DNA of 64,000 nucleotides from an uncultured Gammaproteobacteria bacterium (GCA_964500725.1 CAZCNP010000001.1:64766-128765); one strand, 5' to 3'; shown: positions 48,646-59,912, numbered from the stretch's first letter. Notes: generated by a model not told the origin, from the letters alone. Numbers and translations are program-made.

Positions 48646-49569
48646 TTAGTCTTTACTATTACCTGAATGAAATGCTTTATGCGCATCTTTTAAATGGGCA
48701 TTGGTAACATGAGTATAAATTTGGGTGGTTGAGATATTGGAATGTCCCAACATTTCTTGCACAGACCTAATATCAGCTCCATTTATTAACAAATCTGTGG
48801 CAAAAGAATGCCTTAAACTATGAGGAGTTGCCTTAACTGAAAACCCTAAGGCTTTAACATATTTTTCTACAACTCTTTCAATAGATCTGGTAGTAAGCCT
48901 CATTGACTCACCTCCATTTTCAGGATTTACTTTTCCTTGAAATCTAATAAATAAAGGCTTAAAAGTGTCTTTACGGGCATATAAATAAGTCTCTATGGCT
49001 GAAGCTGCAGAATCTGAAATAAAAACCACTCTTTCTTTACCCCCCTTACCAACTATGCCAAACTCTTTTCTTTGTAAATTAATAGTATCTCTATTTAGGC
49101 AAGCCAATTCTGATACCCTAAGTCCTGTTGAAAATAGAGTTTCCAAAATAGCTTTATCACGCAATCCATCTTTTTTTGTTACATCTGGAGCCTCCAATAA
49201 AGATTTTAATTGTGACTCATCCAGCACCTTCAAAGGTGCTGGATCTGTTTCTCCCAGCTCAACTTTTTCAGGGGATAGAGTAGAGACATCAATCCTTGCC
49301 AGGTATCTTAAAAATGCCCGCAGAGCTATCATAAAATAATTTTGAGTGATTCTTTTTAAAGGTTTACCCGTTTGCGGATCCGTCCATCTAGACAGGTAAA
49401 GCCTGTATTTTCTAATTAGATTTAAATCTATATTCCTAGGGTCTATATCCCCAGCAAATTCTAAAAATCTTTTAAGATAATGATCGTAATTTCTAATAGT
49501 GAGCTGGGAAGCGTTTCTTTCCAGCTCAAGATATTCTAGAAAGTCTGTAATTAAGGCAGCAAGGGTCAT
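48646..49569 (-). CDS. XerC/D-family tyrosine recombinase, probably chromosomal
   Basis: STGLRVSEL, GKGGKER, TPHSLRHSFAT, LGHSNISTTQIYTH. Confidence 0.92.
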   Translation of the reverse strand: MTLAALITDFLEYLELERNASQLTIRNYDHYLKRFLEFAGDIDPRNIDLNLIRKYRLYLSRWTDPQTGKPLKRITQNYFMIALRAFLRYLARIDVSTLSPEKVELGETDPAPLKVLDESQLKSLLEAPDVTKKDGLRDKAILETLFSTGLRVSELACLNRDTINLQRKEFGIVGKGGKERVVFISDSAASAIETYLYARKDTFKPLFIRFQGKVNPENGGESMRLTTRSIERVVEKYVKALGFSVKATPHSLRHSFATDLLINGADIRSVQEMLGHSNISTTQIYTHVTNAHLKDAHKAFHSGNSKD

Positions 49570-50312
49570 AACAAAGCAAGTCCCAAAATCCCCAAAACTG
49601 TTAATACCCCTCCGACAATAGCCAGGTTAAAAGTTAACCCTTCCAAACCTGCAGGTGGAAGTGTTGCTACAGGTTGTTTTGTTTCAGTAGGCCTGACAAT
49701 TGATTTAGGCTGGGCTGAATCTGTACCAACTGAACCTCTGCCTGCAGGCAGAGGGTTGGTACTACCTCCTGGTGCAGGTGAGACTTGAGCGCAACTCCCT
49801 GATCCTATAGTATAACTCCCGTCAACTACTGAGTTTAAGACATCTACAACTGTCCCTCTTTGCACTACATTAGAATCAGTGGTTTTGGCTTTATCATTAG
49901 GGTCAAAGTCGAACTTGATTTGAGTTACCCCGGCAGGAGCAGTGGGTACTACTGTAAATTGGACAGTAATCAGGGTGCCTTTGCCGGAAAAGGGTGTTGA
50001 GACAGAAGCTAAACCTGAAACAGTAATTTTACCACTTGAGGCATCAATGTTGTTGCCAGGATAATCTGGATAAATTGTCCCTTTGGTAATAGAAGTGGCA
50101 GTAAACCTGGAGGTATCATAAAGCAGGATAGCATCAGCTCCATCTGTTTCTGTTCCACCGCTGTCAAGATCAATATTTAAAGAAAAACTACAACTTTGGT
50201 TAAAAGTGCCACTGGCTGGGTTTAAGGATAAAGTAGCTGTCTGGGCAAAAACTGAGGAAGGGAGTATAACAATTATAACGGTTATCGTGATTATAAAAAT
50301 AATATTCTTCAT
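49566..50312 (-). CDS. Secreted cohesin-domain protein with C-terminal LPxxG-like/TM anchor
   Basis: Signal peptide (VFA|Q); ATLSLNP...DGADAILLYD...GTL.TVQF; TLPPAG then TM. Confidence 0.7.
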   Translation of the reverse strand: MKNIIFIITITVIIVILPSSVFAQTATLSLNPASGTFNQSCSFSLNIDLDSGGTETDGADAILLYDTSRFTATSITKGTIYPDYPGNNIDASSGKITVSGLASVSTPFSGKGTLITVQFTVVPTAPAGVTQIKFDFDPNDKAKTTDSNVVQRGTVVDVLNSVVDGSYTIGSGSCAQVSPAPGGSTNPLPAGRGSVGTDSAQPKSIVRPTETKQPVATLPPAGLEGLTFNLAIVGGVLTVLGILGLALL

Positions 50313-50950
50313 CTTATCTCCAGTTCCAGATTATCAACTTGCTCTAAAATATTTTTAGATGTGGCAGCCTCCACTAAATTAGAAGCTGTGGTTGAACCTT
50401 TCTTAAAATCAACTGTTAAAGATGTTTTGCCAGGGATTTTTGCCTTAAAATTTATCAAAGCAAATTGTCCAGAACCTTTAAAACTTTTATTTAAACTACT
50501 GATCCCTGAAATTGAAATCAAACCATTTTTGACGTCTACAGACGCCAGAGGGTATTCATCAAATATTTTTCCTTTGATGATGGCAGTCCCTGATGCCTCT
50601 AAAACTTTGAGATCAAAGCGGACTATCAAATCAGCTCCGGAGACAGCTTTTTCACCAGTATCTACTACTACCGTAACAGGCACTACCTCTCCCACACGCA
50701 AACTTGTTTTAGTAGTATTTAAAGAAATTTTAGAAATAGTTGAAACCATGCTAACCTGATTATTATTAGTTTGAGTTACTACAGAAGAACTGCGGGTAAT
50801 CAAAACTTTAACAACAGATATAACCTCTATTAAAACAATAATACCTAAAATTGAAAAAACAACTCTAGGAATTGTTAAGAAGTTTTTGACTTTATCAAAT
50901 TTCTTTTGATTATTTTGCTGAGAAAAAACTTGCACATCTAAATTATCCAT
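50309..50950 (-). CDS. Membrane-anchored cohesin-domain protein
   Basis: TM; VSGADLIVRFD...FDEYP...FKGSG.FALINFKAK.PG. Confidence 0.7.
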   Translation of the reverse strand: MDNLDVQVFSQQNNQKKFDKVKNFLTIPRVVFSILGIIVLIEVISVVKVLITRSSSVVTQTNNNQVSMVSTISKISLNTTKTSLRVGEVVPVTVVVDTGEKAVSGADLIVRFDLKVLEASGTAIIKGKIFDEYPLASVDVKNGLISISGISSLNKSFKGSGQFALINFKAKIPGKTSLTVDFKKGSTTASNLVEAATSKNILEQVDNLELEIR

Positions 50951-50992
50951 ATAATATTAATGTAGTACAATTTCCCTTCTTTTACCAGCCCG

Positions 50993-52768
50993 TCATGGCG
51001 AAGCAGCTGGACTTGGACTTACAGCTGGGGTGGGGGTAGGAGTAGAACTCTGGCTCGGGCTTGGGCTAGAAGCGGTAGAAGCTGCGGGGCTTGGACTGGA
51101 AGATGGGGCCGCCGCCGCTGCAGGACCGCCGGCAGCTGGTTCTGAATCATCTGAGGAGCCAAAGTCATGTCTCATACAGGCCCAATCTACAGAATTAACT
51201 CTGCCATCTTGGTTAAAATCAGCGGTTCTGCCTGCTGCATCGATGGCAACAATCCACTGACGAACCAGCTCAGCCCTATCTAAGCTGTTAATTACCCCGT
51301 CTCCAAGGGCTGGGAAAATATCTCCAACAGGTAAAACAAAATTATTAACATTTGTAGTACCATTTCCTGCTGTAAATTCAGCAGTCCTCCGGAGCGATCT
51401 TGGAGCTTTTAAGGATAATTTATAATTTTTGCCTTCTTCTAATTTTTGAGTCAAACCAGTAATTACACCACTTGTATCAATACTTACTTTTTGTTTTGTC
51501 TTTGTGCCTGTATCAAACGCTCCTGCCAGGACCAGATCAACATTACTCACTGCTGCTGCAGCAGTCTGGCCGCAGAAAAACCTGGCTCCAACAGAAAGCT
51601 GAGAAATAGCGCTACATTGGCTTTCAGCAACTTGGCCATCTGAATCTGTCAAGGTTACAGGCAATGCTTGTCCCTCTGGAGCATTTGGCCAAACTGCTTT
51701 AACACGATTGTTTTTCCACTCTTTAACCTGCAGTTCTGTCTCATCACTTTTGACCAGACCTTTATTGGCACCAAAACCATGACTTTTCTCTGCTGTCAAA
51801 GTAATAATGGTGTTGCTGCCTTCAAAGCTTAACAAACAGCTGGCTATGCTAGGTTCTCCCAACAGTCTAATACTGGCCTGATGCCTAACACTGGCATCAC
51901 TGGAACCTTGAAATTCCACAAAAATAGTCTTCAGGCCGGGAGTCTGATCTTTAAACTCAAAATCGCGAAGCGTAGGCTCAGCAGTATAAGGCTCCAAAAG
52001 AGCTGCAGCCAAATCAGTTGGGTTTTCAGCAACCCTAAAAAATGAGGTGGTGGTAGCAGGGAGAATTTGAACAATTCCTCCCTGAGCGCCCGCTGTCAAA
52101 GGACCTGCCCGATCTGAGGAAGTAGCACTAATGTCGCCAAAATTAAGCTGGGCCACCCCGGCTAGACTTTTGGTTTTAAATTGCAGTATCCCTAAATTAA
52201 CTTCACCAGAAACTCTGGCAACAGAGGCTGATCTTACTCCAGTAAAGCGCCAAGACCCTGACAGATTATTTTTTTCATTAATAATCTGATCGATACGACT
52301 CTCAGAAGAAGGGACAAAATTTATAAGCTCTAATTTTTCTTTGTCAAAACTTAGAGTAACATCTACTGCTGAAATATTAAACGAGCCAGCATTTAGTTTG
52401 AAAGACACATTAAAAGTTTCATTAAATGGTTTAGAAACTTGTGCTGAATCTAAGATAAAAGATACGTCACCACTAGTTGAGGCAGGAGTGGGGATGGGGA
52501 GTGCACTAGAGGTGGCAGGTGCCCCTGGAGCGCCTAAACTAGAAGTCAGTTCCAAAGAAATTTTACTCTTAAGTGCCACCCACTGGCTATTCCTTTGAGC
52601 CACATTATCTCCTTTAAATACAATTGGAGAATTGGCAGCCCTGGATTGAATAATTTTTTGCTGGCTGAGTAATTTTATTCCCAAAGGAAGGGCCAAAATC
52701 AGTATCCCCAAAAGGAGGAAACTGATAAGATGTTTTTTATTCTTAAATAAATCTAAAAATTCTCTCAT
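50993..52768 (-). CDS. Surface protein with cohesin and C-terminal dockerin-like domains
   Basis: ISAVDVTLSFD; GDGVINSLD and ADFNQDGRVNSVD paired EF-hand-like repeats; Pro/Ser tail. Confidence 0.75.
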   Translation of the reverse strand: MREFLDLFKNKKHLISFLLLGILILALPLGIKLLSQQKIIQSRAANSPIVFKGDNVAQRNSQWVALKSKISLELTSSLGAPGAPATSSALPIPTPASTSGDVSFILDSAQVSKPFNETFNVSFKLNAGSFNISAVDVTLSFDKEKLELINFVPSSESRIDQIINEKNNLSGSWRFTGVRSASVARVSGEVNLGILQFKTKSLAGVAQLNFGDISATSSDRAGPLTAGAQGGIVQILPATTTSFFRVAENPTDLAAALLEPYTAEPTLRDFEFKDQTPGLKTIFVEFQGSSDASVRHQASIRLLGEPSIASCLLSFEGSNTIITLTAEKSHGFGANKGLVKSDETELQVKEWKNNRVKAVWPNAPEGQALPVTLTDSDGQVAESQCSAISQLSVGARFFCGQTAAAAVSNVDLVLAGAFDTGTKTKQKVSIDTSGVITGLTQKLEEGKNYKLSLKAPRSLRRTAEFTAGNGTTNVNNFVLPVGDIFPALGDGVINSLDRAELVRQWIVAIDAAGRTADFNQDGRVNSVDWACMRHDFGSSDDSEPAAGGPAAAAAPSSSPSPAASTASSPSPSQSSTPTPTPAVSPSPAASP

Positions 52769-52771
52769 ATT

Positions 52772-53980
52772 TTACGGGCACAGGTTAAGGCCAGCATCAA
52801 ATTCCCTGCGCCAAATATTATAATCCTTAATATCAATCACTCCGTCTCCTTTTTGATTGTTGTTACACTCTGGATAGAAATCAGCTGTCTCAGTAGTTAC
52901 TGCTCCTACGAATTCACTATACCAGGTATTGTAATCATCAATACTCACACATAGATTTCCACCTATTGTATCCCCATTGATACAAGGAGGAATACATGTA
53001 TTAGTTGCTGAACAAATATATTCAGCGGTAGCGCAAGTTTTACTGGCTACAGTACAAGAGGCGCCAGTTACAGTAGTACAAGTACCACCAGTGGATAAGG
53101 TAGTTTTATTACAGGTTCCAGTTAAGTTAGTACCACAGGCTGTAGCAGTAGTACATACATCTGCAGCAGCAGTCCCACAGGTATCACAACCAGCGCAGGC
53201 TTGGGTATTACATGCTGTCACTGCTGATCTGGTTTCTGTCCTATTAGTAGCGGTAGTTAGAGTACCATCAAGTTTTGTACATTCTGTCCCACCAGCACCA
53301 GGTGCAGGTGCAGAGCATGTCCTGGTTTCTCCGGTTAAAGTACCTCCTCCACATGTTACAGTACAAGTGCCACCACTCCAAGCAGACCAGGTACCATTAG
53401 TAGGACCTGCAATAGTATAAGTAGTAGTTGTTGTACCTCCAATAGCCACGGTACCTGCTTGATCTTTGGCAACAATCTGATTGGTAGTAATAGTAATTGT
53501 AGCTGTCCCTGCGCTAATAGCTGTAAAAGTAAGCTTTCCTAGCGGAACATAAGTCCGGGAAACTAAATCACCAGTCTTGCTAACAGCAACATAATGCACA
53601 GTTATAGGATTTACAGCAGGATTTCTACTTTCCAATACCAATTCCGGTAAAACAGTCGTATCTTTTGAAAAAGTATCCAGCCTCAGGTTATTAGCATAGG
53701 TAATAGTTACATCCACGCCGGTAATCCGTGCCGCCGGATTCAAATTAATGCCAAATTCAAGATCAAAGACGCTGTTTATATTCACAGATCCTGTTGGGGT
53801 AGGTGGTATAAATACCAAACTGCCAGCATCAGTTGCTTTTGAACGCAAATCCTGTTGTTGTTTGGCCAAATAAAAAGTTACAGGTATACCAATCACAACC
53901 ACTAAAATTATAATCAGGACTAAGATATGTCCCTGCAGCAAATTCCTAACATCAATTAATTTCTCTTTTATGTTATTCAT
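52772..53980 (-). CDS. Surface protein: cohesin, TSP1, Cys-rich and dockerin-like domains
   Basis: ITGVDVTITY; WSAWSGGTCTVTCGGG...RTC; GDGVIDIKDYNIW. Confidence 0.72.
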   Translation of the reverse strand: MNNIKEKLIDVRNLLQGHILVLIIILVVVIGIPVTFYLAKQQQDLRSKATDAGSLVFIPPTPTGSVNINSVFDLEFGINLNPAARITGVDVTITYANNLRLDTFSKDTTVLPELVLESRNPAVNPITVHYVAVSKTGDLVSRTYVPLGKLTFTAISAGTATITITTNQIVAKDQAGTVAIGGTTTTTYTIAGPTNGTWSAWSGGTCTVTCGGGTLTGETRTCSAPAPGAGGTECTKLDGTLTTATNRTETRSAVTACNTQACAGCDTCGTAAADVCTTATACGTNLTGTCNKTTLSTGGTCTTVTGASCTVASKTCATAEYICSATNTCIPPCINGDTIGGNLCVSIDDYNTWYSEFVGAVTTETADFYPECNNNQKGDGVIDIKDYNIWRREFDAGLNLCP

Positions 53981-55191
53981 TGTCTTGCAAATTGGCTCCT
54001 CCAGGTGTTAAAAAGCACCAGATCTACTGCCACATCCGCACAATTATTAAGAGCAGGGGGGGCATTTGTAATAGAATTCCCATTAATAAAAGCTGTTCTC
54101 CATTTATCAAAGTCTGCCTGCTCAATCCTTCCGTTGCCATCAATATCACCACTGACACTACAGGAAGCAACTGTACAGGTAAAATCAGCTCCAGCATAGA
54201 CACCTTTGTAAGGAGATTGTTCTCCTTGTCTAACACCCTGAATACTGGTGTTATATTTCATGCCTGTTACTATTTTAGCTCTTAAAGTAGTAGAAGTATT
54301 GCCTTGAGTATTTGCTCCAAAATCTTTATTATTACCAGTTGGAGCAATTAAAGTTGTACCAGTATATATACCTAAATTTTCAGGATGCCAACCATCATCT
54401 TGATCGTTAGGAAAAGCATTAGTTCTCACAACATAAGCAACAGACTCAGGGATTGGATCCCAAGTAACTGTGACCACGGTACCATCAGCAGAACACACAG
54501 GTTGTAGGTGCGAAGCTGCAGGAAGGGGATTAGGAGGTGGAGCGGGAGGTGGATTTGCGGTAACTGTGACCGATGTCAGACCAGTGCCACTACAGGTACA
54601 AGCAGCTTGCCCAGCAGGAATATTGCAGCTGCTGGAATTGTATAAGGTAAAGGTATAATTATTATTAGGCTGTATCCAAGTAGCAGCTTGGGATTGAGCT
54701 CCAGAACCACTGCTAGCAAAAACAGTACCAGGAGCAGGATTGCCAGTTCCACTGACACAAACAAAAGTACTGCTGGTATTACTGCTAGTCCAGGAGATGG
54801 AAGAAGTACAAGTACCAGCTCCAGCTGCTACATTACAAGGATTAGGACTGGCAGTAATTGATCCGGTTGGGGTGTTGCTGCCATCCCCACCGCTGCCACC
54901 TCCTCCACCCGAAATGTCACATTCCTCCATACCGCTCCATGACGCAACTGCATCAGGACCATTTGGACATTCAATACCTGATGTACTTTCTCCGCAGGCG
55001 GTACATGCGTACACGCAAGCTTTCTGACCTTTACCGGGCTTGTTACCCTTACTCGCATCACATATACTATCACAGCCCACCCTCCTCGTACCAGTGCAAG
55101 CCTGGTATGCCTTACTAGAAGTTGTAGTAAACAATACAAGAACCATTAATTCCAGGAAAATAAAAACTATAAAAATTAACTTCTTTTTCAT
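53977..55191 (-). CDS. Secreted Cys-rich protein with C-terminal dockerin-like domain
   Basis: Signal peptide; ITASPNPC...ISW; GDIDGNGRIEQADF..W. Confidence 0.7.
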   Translation of the reverse strand: MKKKLIFIVFIFLELMVLVLFTTTSSKAYQACTGTRRVGCDSICDASKGNKPGKGQKACVYACTACGESTSGIECPNGPDAVASWSGMEECDISGGGGGSGGDGSNTPTGSITASPNPCNVAAGAGTCTSSISWTSSNTSSTFVCVSGTGNPAPGTVFASSGSGAQSQAATWIQPNNNYTFTLYNSSSCNIPAGQAACTCSGTGLTSVTVTANPPPAPPPNPLPAASHLQPVCSADGTVVTVTWDPIPESVAYVVRTNAFPNDQDDGWHPENLGIYTGTTLIAPTGNNKDFGANTQGNTSTTLRAKIVTGMKYNTSIQGVRQGEQSPYKGVYAGADFTCTVASCSVSGDIDGNGRIEQADFDKWRTAFINGNSITNAPPALNNCADVAVDLVLFNTWRSQFARQ

Positions 55192-55303
55192 TCTAAAAAC
55201 TCTCCCTTGATATAAAGGGCTGTATATCTAAACTTAACCATTTAGGATAGCTTTGTCAACCCCGATTTAGCCTGTCCCGATATAATCGGGATCGGAGTCA
55301 AAC

Positions 55304-55546
55304 TTACCTCGGGGAAGCTGGAGCAAGGTCAGATTTAAGTTCAAACTCTACAGTAGGACTGGTTGTTTCCCAAGTATTACCATTTTTAGTTATATTTGGT
55401 CCAGCAACAGGAGTTATAGGATCAGAAGAAGCTTTAGAAAATAATTTTAATGGGTTTCCAGAGGTAATCAAATATATTCCAGCAACAAGACCTACAAGAA
55501 GTAAAAGCAAGATAAGAATATGGGCAAAACCTTTTTGGCTTTTCAT
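55304..55546 (-). CDS. Small membrane protein with prepilin-like leader
   Basis: QKG|FAHILILLLL; resembles the N-terminal domain of 50993..52768; TTGACA-N18-TATACT upstream. Confidence 0.65.
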   Translation of the reverse strand: MKSQKGFAHILILLLLLVGLVAGIYLITSGNPLKLFSKASSDPITPVAGPNITKNGNTWETTSPTVEFELKSDLAPASPR

Positions 55547-55585
55547 CTAACTTAAGTATAATCACATATTTTTACCGCTGTCAAT

Positions 55586-58500
55586 CTAGCGATTTGAAAC
55601 TCCCAGATACAATACTGATTTATCTCCACAGCTATACCAATTCCATCCACCTGCGGATATGGGGTAGGAAACATATGGATTGCCTGAACAAGCTTTAGAG
55701 TTTGATTGAACATCAACTATAACTGCATAATTACCTCCACTATTTAAAGTAAAACTGGCAGAATATGAAGAAGCAGTTGAAGATCCGACTTCATACCAAA
55801 CACAATTTAGAGAAGAAGCATTAACACAATTAAATTTGTTAATATTATATCCCAAAATATCAGAGCTAGTGATACGAGTCCTGTCTGTTCCATCATTTGA
55901 CTTGGCAATATAAATATGGCTGCCAGTTACAGAGGATGAGGAACTGATACCAGCATTAAAAGTTACTGCCTGGCCTAAGATTGCTGTATTAGGCCCACTA
56001 ATTGAAGCTGTGGGATATGAGGAATCACCAACTACAGAAGATGCGCATGGACGGCTGTTACAAGATTGGTTTTGGGATGAATCGCCGGAACAATCAGTAC
56101 CTCCATTGGCAGGAGTAGGGTTAGTACAAGTTCTGCTTCTTGTCTGATTTCCACTACCACAGCTTACAGAACAAACAGACCAACTACTCCAGGCTGACCA
56201 TCCTCCATTAACTGCAGCGGGAGCTACTGTTGGAGCAGCTGTAGCAGATGGAACAGGAGTAGCAGCAGGTGCTGTGGTTGGAGCTGTGGTTGGAGTTGTG
56301 GTTGGAGCAGTAGTAGGAACTGGTGTTGAAGCAACTGTAGCAGCTGGAACAGGAGTAGCAGCAGAGGCTAACACTATTTTGAGTTGATGAATTATTTCTC
56401 TGCCTTTATTGGTTTTAAACTTAACAAAGATAAATTTATCTCCTGGAGCAGTGGAGAAGGTATGGGAAACTTTAATATTATCTGTATAATTTAATTCAGA
56501 ACCCCATTCAGTATCACCAGTAGGTCTATTATCATAGGCTACCTGATATTTAATGGTATATTCAGGAGACTGTGTAGGAGAGGGGGATGGATTTGCTGAA
56601 GAAACAACTAAATCAATTTTTGATGAAGTACCACAACTGTAAAAAGTCATGCCTCCACTAGTAACAGGATAAGTAGTATATGGATTACCACTGCATAATC
56701 TCTGATTAGCATTAGCCCCAGATGGCTTTGCGTTTACAATTATTTTATAATTACCAGACTGAAGAGGGGTAAAACTTGTTACAACTCTATTCTCATTACT
56801 ACTACCTAGTTTGTACCAAATACAACCATCTCCATCACAATTGAAATTACTTTGACTGAGGTTTGCTATATCATTACTATTTATCTTTGATCCCTGGCCA
56901 TTGTTATCTCTGGCTACCCAGATATCACTGTTTTCTATACCAGTTGAACTGACAAGTGAGGCAATATAACTCAAACTCTGACCAACACTACCTTCACCCG
57001 GACCTCTTAACATAGCACTAGGATGATCTACAGGAGTAAGCAAAGGCAGTTGCAGAGTAGCCAAACCAATATCATGGAACAAATATCCCCCCATATCACT
57101 GCCTGTTCCTCCTGAATTATTTCCCCACCCATCTCTTGCTCCAAAATATAAGAAAAGTTTAGAATTATCAGGAGACTCAACTACTGTTGGTAGGTTAATC
57201 GAAACATTAGTTTGAGGATTATTAAACTTCATCCAAGGGAAAGGCCCTGCTTGAGTAATAATTTGCGCCCTGTTTTCTCCAGGCCATTTAGCTAAAGGAT
57301 TTTTGGTCCAGAAAGCGTCAACTCTTGGAAGACCTCCAGAAATAGCATTGTAAAACATCACATGATTACCGCTGCCTTGATCAAAATAATAAATAGGCCC
57401 TTCTTCTGCTGTTCCAATCTTAGTTGCTTGATCTATGGGAGTAAAAAGAGGGTTCCCGCTCCAAGGAGTCCAAGGGCCAAGGGGGGAGGAAGATGAGGTA
57501 GCGTAACCTGAAGTAATAGCATGGCAACCTGCTTCGCCATCTCCTTGATGCCCACCTGTTCCTTCCCATTTGCCATTTTCATATTGTGTTTGTCCTGCTA
57601 AAAACAGTACCCAAGTCCCATTAATTTGATGAGGTACCCCATTGGCAGTTATATAATCACAACCCCATATCATATTACCTCCACTACAACTTCTTATTTG
57701 TTGTTGACAATAATTTAGATCAGCAGGTACCACAACAGAAGAATTTTGGGAAATTCTGGTAAAAGGACCCAAAGGAGAGTTAGCCTCAGACAAACCTGAT
57801 CTGGCAGGATACCTGCTACTTCCATCACCATTTGGAAGTTGGGTAGCTAAATCCCAGTAAAGGACACTCCCATCCACAGGGTGCCAGGCTTCCCAGGTGT
57901 AGGCATACCATTTGCCATTGTACGGAAAAACATTGGCATACATAAATGATGTTCCAGAAAATCCTGCCGTTTCTGATTCTCTTTCCCATTCACCTTTAGC
58001 TCCTAAAACCTTTAAAGGTCCCTTTTTGGTAAAGTTAATTCCGTCAGAAGAGGTAGCCACACAAGATTTCCAACCTATTACTTCCTCTAAGTTTCTATTA
58101 AAATCCAAAGATCCAGGAAAATCGGTTGGAGTAGAAACACCAGCATCAGTTACCCTTTCCAGTTGCACACCATCCCAGAAACTGGTAAATCTAGTTGCTG
58201 TTGGGGTAGCAAAGGAAATAGTTACAGCCTTAGCATTTGAGTCAGTGGTAAATTTGACATAAATTCTTTGCCAATTATTATTTCCTCTCTTAATCACTGA
58301 TGCAGTGGAAGAATCAATAACATTTTCTGCAAAGTTTCTTGGATCAGATTTATATTGCTTAACAATTAGCCCCATTTCTGTATTAGAATCAGCCCAAAAA
58401 TAGGCAGAGGCAATATATGTAGTATTGGGGGTTACTAAAAGCCCCATTGGTGAGGCTAAATTAGCCTCAGTATGATTATTATTATAATAATAATTACCTG

Positions 58501-58870
58501 TATAAGCCCCTCCTCCCTTGGTACCATCTGTTTCAACTTTTAAACTTCTTTCTCCAAACAACTTCTTTTCTGAAACTGAGGAAACACTAGCGTGCCAGGT
58601 ATCCCAACCATTTACTCCTAAATTACTCTCAAAAGATGGATTTAATAGATTCTCAGTACAATCATAGTAAAGATAATAAGTTCCATTATCTTTAACTACA
58701 AATGGATCCCTGGCTCCCAGCAAATCATGATAGCTGCTATTGCCCCAACGGATTACTGGTTGGGAATAAATTTGGGGATTTGCAATATTGTCTGTAGCTG
58801 CTCCCAACACCGAAGCAGGGGAAAAGGGGAGAAGTAATATAGAAAATAAGGCAATAATAATCTTTTTCAT
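55586..58870 (-). CDS. 1094-aa secreted multidomain protein: CBM-like, beta-propeller glycoside-hydrolase-like, two repeated Ig-like domains, PT linker, TSP1
   Basis: [47 protein letters not shown]; [21 protein letters not shown]. Confidence 0.65.
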   Translation of the reverse strand: MKKIIIALFSILLLPFSPASVLGAATDNIANPQIYSQPVIRWGNSSYHDLLGARDPFVVKDNGTYYLYYDCTENLLNPSFESNLGVNGWDTWHASVSSVSEKKLFGERSLKVETDGTKGGGAYTGNYYYNNNHTEANLASPMGLLVTPNTTYIASAYFWADSNTEMGLIVKQYKSDPRNFAENVIDSSTASVIKRGNNNWQRIYVKFTTDSNAKAVTISFATPTATRFTSFWDGVQLERVTDAGVSTPTDFPGSLDFNRNLEEVIGWKSCVATSSDGINFTKKGPLKVLGAKGEWERESETAGFSGTSFMYANVFPYNGKWYAYTWEAWHPVDGSVLYWDLATQLPNGDGSSRYPARSGLSEANSPLGPFTRISQNSSVVVPADLNYCQQQIRSCSGGNMIWGCDYITANGVPHQINGTWVLFLAGQTQYENGKWEGTGGHQGDGEAGCHAITSGYATSSSSPLGPWTPWSGNPLFTPIDQATKIGTAEEGPIYYFDQGSGNHVMFYNAISGGLPRVDAFWTKNPLAKWPGENRAQIITQAGPFPWMKFNNPQTNVSINLPTVVESPDNSKLFLYFGARDGWGNNSGGTGSDMGGYLFHDIGLATLQLPLLTPVDHPSAMLRGPGEGSVGQSLSYIASLVSSTGIENSDIWVARDNNGQGSKINSNDIANLSQSNFNCDGDGCIWYKLGSSNENRVVTSFTPLQSGNYKIIVNAKPSGANANQRLCSGNPYTTYPVTSGGMTFYSCGTSSKIDLVVSSANPSPSPTQSPEYTIKYQVAYDNRPTGDTEWGSELNYTDNIKVSHTFSTAPGDKFIFVKFKTNKGREIIHQLKIVLASAATPVPAATVASTPVPTTAPTTTPTTAPTTAPAATPVPSATAAPTVAPAAVNGGWSAWSSWSVCSVSCGSGNQTRSRTCTNPTPANGGTDCSGDSSQNQSCNSRPCASSVVGDSSYPTASISGPNTAILGQAVTFNAGISSSSSVTGSHIYIAKSNDGTDRTRITSSDILGYNINKFNCVNASSLNCVWYEVGSSTASSYSASFTLNSGGNYAVIVDVQSNSKACSGNPYVSYPISAGGWNWYSCGDKSVLYLGVSNR

Positions 58871-59277
58871 TAGTTAAAAGTTGTTGGTGATTTATCGCCA
58901 CTCTGAGGTATCTGTATCTGTGCAGGAACTGGAGTGGGAATTACACTGCTGCTAGAGGCCTTTGGCTGTGAACTCGGAACTGGAGTTATTGCAACACCTG
59001 TTTGAATCGAAGTTGATACAGACTTAGCAGTACTAGCAGGACTATAACCCCTTGACATCTCTGGCAATGATCCGCCTGCAGACTGAGGATTGATTGGTAT
59101 CTTTTGAGTATTTTGTATAGGACTATTAGCTTTTACAAAAGTACCAGTAGTCTTCTTTTGTCCATTATAATTTTTGAGTATAAAAAACCCTGTTGCAGCT
59201 ATCCCTATAATAAGGAAGACAATAACTAAAACAAAAACAATAAAACCTTCTTGAGATTCTAACCTATTTTTGGGCAT
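58870..59277 (-). CDS. Membrane protein with prepilin-like leader and Pro/Ser-rich tail
   Basis: QEG|FIVFVLVIV. Confidence 0.6.
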   Translation of the reverse strand: MPKNRLESQEGFIVFVLVIVFLIIGIAATGFFILKNYNGQKKTTGTFVKANSPIQNTQKIPINPQSAGGSLPEMSRGYSPASTAKSVSTSIQTGVAITPVPSSQPKASSSSVIPTPVPAQIQIPQSGDKSPTTFN

Positions 59278-59375
59278 CTAACACTAATATGAACCTTCTT
59301 ATAACTAATTGTCAAATACCGAAGGAGGAAATATATTGTGCGACAACAAATAGCTTTTAAATTACAGTTAGCAAA

Positions 59376-59912
59376 TTAACGTAATTTTGCATTTTTCTGA
59401 TTCAAAAAGGCTTGTTTATGTTTAACATACTCAAAAAAACGGGGATTGGCAACAAACTCAAAAACTTTCACTTCTGCTGAATGAGGATAGGGGAGAATTA
59501 ACACCTTCTTAGTAGCAGGAAGAGCAAGGTACTTTTCAAGCTTTAAAGCATTGGTGTCACCACATTCTGTAGGAAAATATAAATCCTTATCTATTACATC
59601 AACTTCAAAACCTATTAAAGGATATTCGTATTTTATATCTTTTTCAAACACGCCACATTGCGATGTTAAATAATCTTTGGCAAAAGATTTTAAAGCTAAA
59701 TGCCCATCATTTTCACCGCTTTTTGAAAACCCATTCTTTGAATCCAAAACAAAATCTATCTTTGTAATAAATTCATCAGGTTGGGCAAGCACTTGCGATG
59801 AAATAGTAAACAATCCTTCCTGATGCATCCAAGCAATTTCATCAATATTGTCCCAATCAATATTTGGAGTAAAATTGCTGTAAAATATTTTTACAAAATC
59901 TTCACTTGTCAT
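59376..59912 (-). CDS. Hypothetical protein, possible PD-(D/E)XK-like fold
   Basis: H..LK...EY...VDV...ECG pattern; overlaps the integrase stop. Confidence 0.55.
   Translation of the reverse strand: MTSEDFVKIFYSNFTPNIDWDNIDEIAWMHQEGLFTISSQVLAQPDEFITKIDFVLDSKNGFSKSGENDGHLALKSFAKDYLTSQCGVFEKDIKYEYPLIGFEVDVIDKDLYFPTECGDTNALKLEKYLALPATKKVLILPYPHSAEVKVFEFVANPRFFEYVKHKQAFLNQKNAKLR

Noticed and set aside
56215-56365. Repeats in the 1094-aa gene as a separate DNA element
   Set aside because: Explained by a low-complexity Pro/Thr/Ala linker.
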